NCBI RefSeq assembly: GCF_035594765.1
Contig: NC_085842.1
Coordinates: 137,343,036-137,407,035, forward strand
Direction of reading: 5' to 3'
DNA length: 64,000 nucleotides
Origin: Anolis carolinensis
Lineage: Eukaryota
How positions within the stretch are numbered: position 1 is the first letter of the stretch; the number at the start of each line of letters is the position of its first letter. Below the pieces are notes generated by a model. It was given only the letters and a program-made list of their open reading frames with translations. It searched no databases and was not told where the DNA came from. Positions 61,001 through 64,000 of this stretch are shown piece after piece. A program made the translations under genes and the position numbers.

Positions 61001-63001
61001 ACTGTAGAGGTCCAGAGTAAATGTTTCTCTGGGGCTGTTTTTATTGCCAAATTTTACTTGAGTGTCTTGGTGATTGTTACAGTTGGGTATTCTTAGCATT
61101 TCCCTGCACAGGCATTTCCTCTCTGCCTTTCTTGCTGCTTCCTTGCTGCTTCCTTGGGGTAGTTACAATATGCAATGCCACAGGCTATCACTGCAGCGTA
61201 CATTTACAAACAGCTCTGTTAAAGAAGCTACTATATTGTATTGTCTGAAAAATGCTATTCTTACAATTTAATCAACTTTTGTTTCAGGGCCATTTTGACA
61301 CTGTTATCTGTATATATATAAATGTAATGTACGTTTGTAGGACTGAGTAAACAACAAAACCACTGAACCAAATCACACCAAATTTGGCCACAATACACCA
61401 ACACATCCAAGGTATGTCCTTCACTCAAGCCCCCTCCCCCCCCAAAAAACAGATTGGCCTAGGTATAACACAGCCAGGCATTGAAGCTGCAAGGCTATTC
61501 AGTGCAATTCAACCAGACCAACAAAGGATTAACCTTGGTAGAAGGCAGCCATACTACTCTGTACTATTGAAGCTGGCCAACCAAAGATTCCCCTAGGCAG
61601 CAAGCTGCCAGGCTTTGAACCGGCGAGGCTATTAATTGCAATTCTAGCAGCCCAAAAAAGCCATTCCCCTAGAACGCAAGTACTCAGCCTTCCAAGCAGC
61701 AAGCCTATTCCTTTGTATTCCAGCTCACCAAACAAGGATTCCCATGAGAAGAAAACAGCCAGGCTTTGAGGCTGTAAAGCTATTCACTTTTATTCCACCT
61801 GGCCAACAAAGGATTCTCATAAGCCACAGCAGCGCATGGCTGGGCACAGCTACCGTAGAGTCTCGCTTATCCAACAAAAACGGGTCAGCAGAACGTTGGA
61901 TAAGCAAAAATGTTGGATAATAAGGATGGATTAAGGAAAAGCCTATTACACATCAAATTACATTATGATTTTACAAATTAAGCACCAAAACATGTTTTTA
62001 CAACAAATCGACAGAAAAAGCAGTTCAATACATGGTAACGTTATGTAGTAATTACTGTATTTCTGGACTTAGCACCAAAACATGGCAATGTATTGAAAAC
62101 ATTGACTACAAAAACATTGACTACTAAAAGGCAGACTGCGTTGGATAATACAGAACCTTGGATAAGCGAAGGTTGGATAAGTGAGACTCTACTGTAGTTG
62201 TATTATAAGTCTTAAATGTGACCTCTTTGCTTCTAACCTATGGAGTTAGTGCAATCTATAATTTAAAAATTCATACATTTAGTGTAAATTTCAATATTAG
62301 CAACACAGTTTGCTTACGACAGAAACGTAAGAAATGTTCTGTTCCCAAATGTTCTTTGGGAGACACAGTAGATTATGATAGAAACTAGGTTACTTCTGGC
62401 CTTGTATGCAGCAAACGTTTTAGGTTCTAACAAAAGAGAATCAATTCTTGCATTTGTGGATGCCTGCTCCCAAGACAAGAAATGTCTGATTCTCCCACCT
62501 CTTGCATGGCTGACTAGCATTATATAGATCCCTTGGTATACTTTAATACTGCTGAATGCCTCAGTGGCAGTAAAACACTGCCCCAAAAGGGTTTCCCAGT
62601 TATTTAAGATGCATTTCTAGGTTATATGGGGATTTGTAGAAACAGAGGGGAGGTGCGTCTGGCAGAAGCAGCAGGATCCAGCTAGTAATGTATAATTTAT
62701 TTGTTAATTGTATGGTTTGTTGTTGGGCTCCTACTTAGTTCCTTAAACTGAGTCTTATGAACTTCTCATTATAGTATCTGAAGAAATGGTTCTGATTCTT
62801 TTTGAAGTCTCCTCTACTGTGGTGAAAGATAAAACAATTGTGGATAATCAAGTCTGAAATACTATTCTTTTAAAGGTCTGGAATTAACATTCTTCTCTGG
62901 AGTGTATGGAACCTGCATAGGTGCTGTAAATAAATTTGGTAATGAAGAAAAAAGCCTCATTGGACTCTCTGGTATTTTTATTGGTGTTGGAGAAATATTA
63001 G
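40371..63001 (+). CDS. MFSD11: Major facilitator superfamily domain-containing protein 11 (UNC93-like), 5' part; gene continues beyond the window
   Basis: Exons 40371-40466, 41647-41702, 42819-42926, 43984-44063, 47483-47579, 49530-49588, 51424-51562, 52490-52530, 59848-59913, 62876-63001; [36 protein letters not shown]..., [29 protein letters not shown]; frame is continuous across all junctions. Confidence 0.95.
40750..41160 (-). mobile_element. L1 LINE 3' fragment
   Basis: Minus [37 protein letters not shown]. Confidence 0.65.
41753..42287. mobile_element. Palindromic MITE with nested Sauria SINE (41890-42208, minus strand)
   Basis: Long TIRs ggctccttctacactgccacattaaatccagatatctgctttgaactgg / ccagttcaaagcagatatctggatttaatatggcagtatagaaggagtc. 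Confidence 0.75.
45085..45350 (-). mobile_element. Dong/R4 3' fragment abutting a (TTA)n microsatellite
   Basis: Same 3' sequence as 7462-7835 (acacttcccaagtgtctaggactgtgtgatgtat...). Confidence 0.75.
46211..47082 (-). mobile_element. Non-autonomous Helitron with nested mariner MITE (46270-46585)
   Basis: Minus strand starts TC (tctatatatataaatg) and ends with a hairpin plus CTAG; inserted between A and T. Confidence 0.7.
53161..54067 (+). repeat. 5' LTR (907 bp)
   Basis: Direct repeat of 58534-59512; TATA-like tattta at 53525; AATAAA at 53999. Confidence 0.95.
54111..55097 (+). pseudogene. Retrotransposon gag with one in-frame nonsense codon (TGA 54759-54761)
   Basis: PTKFSGE...FRRQC capsid-like domain; the same frame resumes to the zinc knuckle [14 protein letters not shown] and TAG at 55095-55097. 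Confidence 0.9.
55154..58792 (+). CDS. Retrotransposon pol polyprotein (protease, RT, RNase H, integrase, chromodomain, LTR-encoded tail), in the -1 frame relative to gag
   Basis: AMIDSGA, YLDD, ADASD, HHCC zinc finger plus DDE triad, GPY, chromodomain [27 protein letters not shown]; uninterrupted 1212-aa ORF. Confidence 0.95.
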   Translation: MVTLWSAKKGPVMIHAMIDSGATNNFIDREYADSLGLQYHDFKNARVVQAIDGRPLKTGPVSQWSESTRMWIREHMEEISFFVTEVPHFPVILGIPWLTLHDPSISWANRELQFASKYCQNHCLVAKVCHATDAEPIITLPKKYSDFWDVFNEKEAEKLPPHRPYDCAIDLVEGAPIPRGHLYSLTEPEQEALWEFIESTLRKGFIRPSQSPAASPVMFVKKKSGDLRLVVDYRALNNITKWNRYPLPLISDLSDRLRGAKIYTKLDLRGAYNLVRIREGDEWKTAFQTKFGLFESLVMNYGLCGAPATFQHFVNDIFQDYLDRFLIIYLDDFLVFSRSQSEHEKHVRMVLQRLRDHGLYAKLEKCAFDLQEVEFLGYRVSPQGLSMDPAKVSTVLEWRAPTNKKEVQRFLGFANYYRKFIPDFARWSDPITSCIRGKQPFRWTEQAEEGFQQLKKLFTSQPILQHPDPKTPFVVQADASDVAIGAVLMQPVGEHLHPCAFYSRQLTAPERNYTIWEKELLAIKAAFENWRHWLEGAKFPIEVHTDHRNLEHLRTARKLNQRQQRWALFFERFDFQIHYVTPAQTKQADALSRKPEYAAGRRETFESQLLQPENFATLTVGSTKSTAVEPTPSTPGPLCAQEIRASQQTDAWAQDQIRQGLRFPFSLKDGLLCYRNHVYIPPGPGREKALHLCHDCKPAGHFGLFKTMHLILRDFWWPKIRKDVEKYVNTCPVCQRSKTRREKPSGLLHPLPTPSRPWEIISADFITDLPPSLGFTTILVVVDLFTKLAHFIPCDGLPTAKETADLFLQHVFRLHGLPKSLVTDRGSQFTSRFWKALQKLLGIDSRLSSAHHPQTDGQTERTNATLEQYLRCYVNYQQDNWASLLPLSEFAYNNGVQASTKETPFFANYGFHPRFFPSVIETSEVPAAEDWLQELTAVQQLLLQQLDQAKEDYKRHADHHRQPGPEIKVGDRVLLSTRFLPSHRPCRKLDARFIGPYPVVAQLNPVTFKLQLPRSMRIHPVFHRSLLLPADGVRPDADRPAPTPVLVDGEEEFEVQDILDSRFHRCRLQYLIDWVGFGPEERSWEDASTVHAPDLVRRFHQAYPAKPRPRTLGRGPILERGLEEGDSVMTHGPCSPVPSIIVADEEENLGFPPFQPELEPLHLQDICPPEASQTSLEQKSPPFSRQDYYNQQRGAREATRRSARIAARQLDD
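58534..59512 (+). repeat. 3' LTR (979 bp; contains a 72-bp tandem duplication at 59112-59255)
   Basis: Matches the 5' LTR except for about 7 substitutions and the duplication. Confidence 0.95.
61307..62197 (+). mobile_element. Non-autonomous Helitron whose terminal CTAG is split by a mariner MITE (61853-62194)
   Basis: 5' A|TC start; 3' gccacagcagcgcatggctgggcacagCTA[MITE]taG. Confidence 0.7.
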
Positions 63002-64000
63002 GTGAGTCCAGACTGGATCTGAAATTGCAAATATATGTATTTTCCTATACAGTTTTTTTGGCATGCATTTGGAATAACACAGCAAAAGAAATTGGATTTG
63101 CTCAGAATTGTAAGGCATAACATGTTGATACAAAGACATTGAAAACAAATATTCAGTAAATGTGGTGAATATTCTTAAATAAGAGCTGGGACACAGTCCA
63201 GCAAGTGTATATTTAATGATACTAGAGCTTTAATAGCAAGCAGTGTGTTGTGCTTACTATAGAGCATGCAAGTTGGGCTGTAAGAGACGTCTAACAGCCA
63301 AGGCAAGCAACTGATCAGAACAAAAAGCAGATTGTCTTCCTGGTTGCTGGAGGAAGGGCATAGTGCAACTAGAACTCACAAACAGCAAATGAGGTGGTGA
63401 ACTTGTGTTTTGTCTACACCAGTTTAGACTACAGGTGGGGGCTCTCATACTGCATGGCGTTCTGTTTAACCAAGGCAAAACTCCAAGCAAGAAAACAAAA
63501 TGGATTTTACAGAAGCATTCAAACCTTCTAATATACCTAACGTATATTTGATACTGAATACTCCCCTGAATTGTTTCCATGTACCTTAATAAAACAGTAT
63601 AGTTAGGGTTACCATGGCATAGTACCTTGAATGTTGCACTACGACTCTGGGAGAACAGGGTTTGAGTACTCATTTAGCCACAGAAATACATTGGGCAAGT
63701 CATATGTTCTCATGTTCAGAGTACAGACTGCCTCTGAATGAATCCTATGGGTAGGGTCAGATTGACAGCGCATGAAGCAATATAGTGGAGTGTTCAGTTA
63801 TATGATCCTCTGCCTTGCAGCTGGAAGTTTCCTCCTGTGTTTGGGCATATAATCTAGTTTAATGCAGTTAAACTGCATTCTGAAGCTGCATTATTTGTCT
63901 TTAGCGCTCTGGGCTGTTGGACTAGTGTCCCACTGCTGAGGTGGCTCAAGAACAGGCATTTTTCTTATTGGTTTTGACTTTGAGTTATATGCCTGTGTAG

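Overview
Eukaryotic (vertebrate) genomic DNA. The repeat content (Sauria SINEs, Penelope, Dong/R4, RTE, CR1, L1, hAT/mariner MITEs, Helitrons) indicates a squamate, most likely an anole. The left part (3.4-23.3 kb) holds three tandem + strand lipocalin genes with the classic lipocalin exon architecture: a PTGDS (L-PGDS/CALgamma)-like gene, an LCN15/CALbeta-like gene, and a very divergent outlier lipocalin that has lost the GxW, TDY and R signature motifs yet has an intact ORF. The right part is the conserved METTL23(+) / SRSF2(-) / MFSD11(+) block, but JMJD6, the usual head-to-head partner of METTL23, is absent and the lipocalin cluster sits in its place. SRSF2 keeps its 104-nt 3'UTR poison exon. 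An MFSD11 intron carries a young full-length Ty3/Gypsy chromovirus (Tf1/sushi group, 53161-59512, TSD TGATG). This element has a self-priming PBS, a non-canonical -1 frameshift site, one nonsense codon in gag, and a pol ORF that reads about 85 codons into the LTR, ending in an HMGN-like RRSARIAA motif. Penelope-derived minimal hammerhead ribozymes lie in sense orientation inside host genes. Exon boundaries were inferred by eye from GT/AG sites and reading-frame continuity; there are assembly gaps at about 5738-5885 and 33042-33329.
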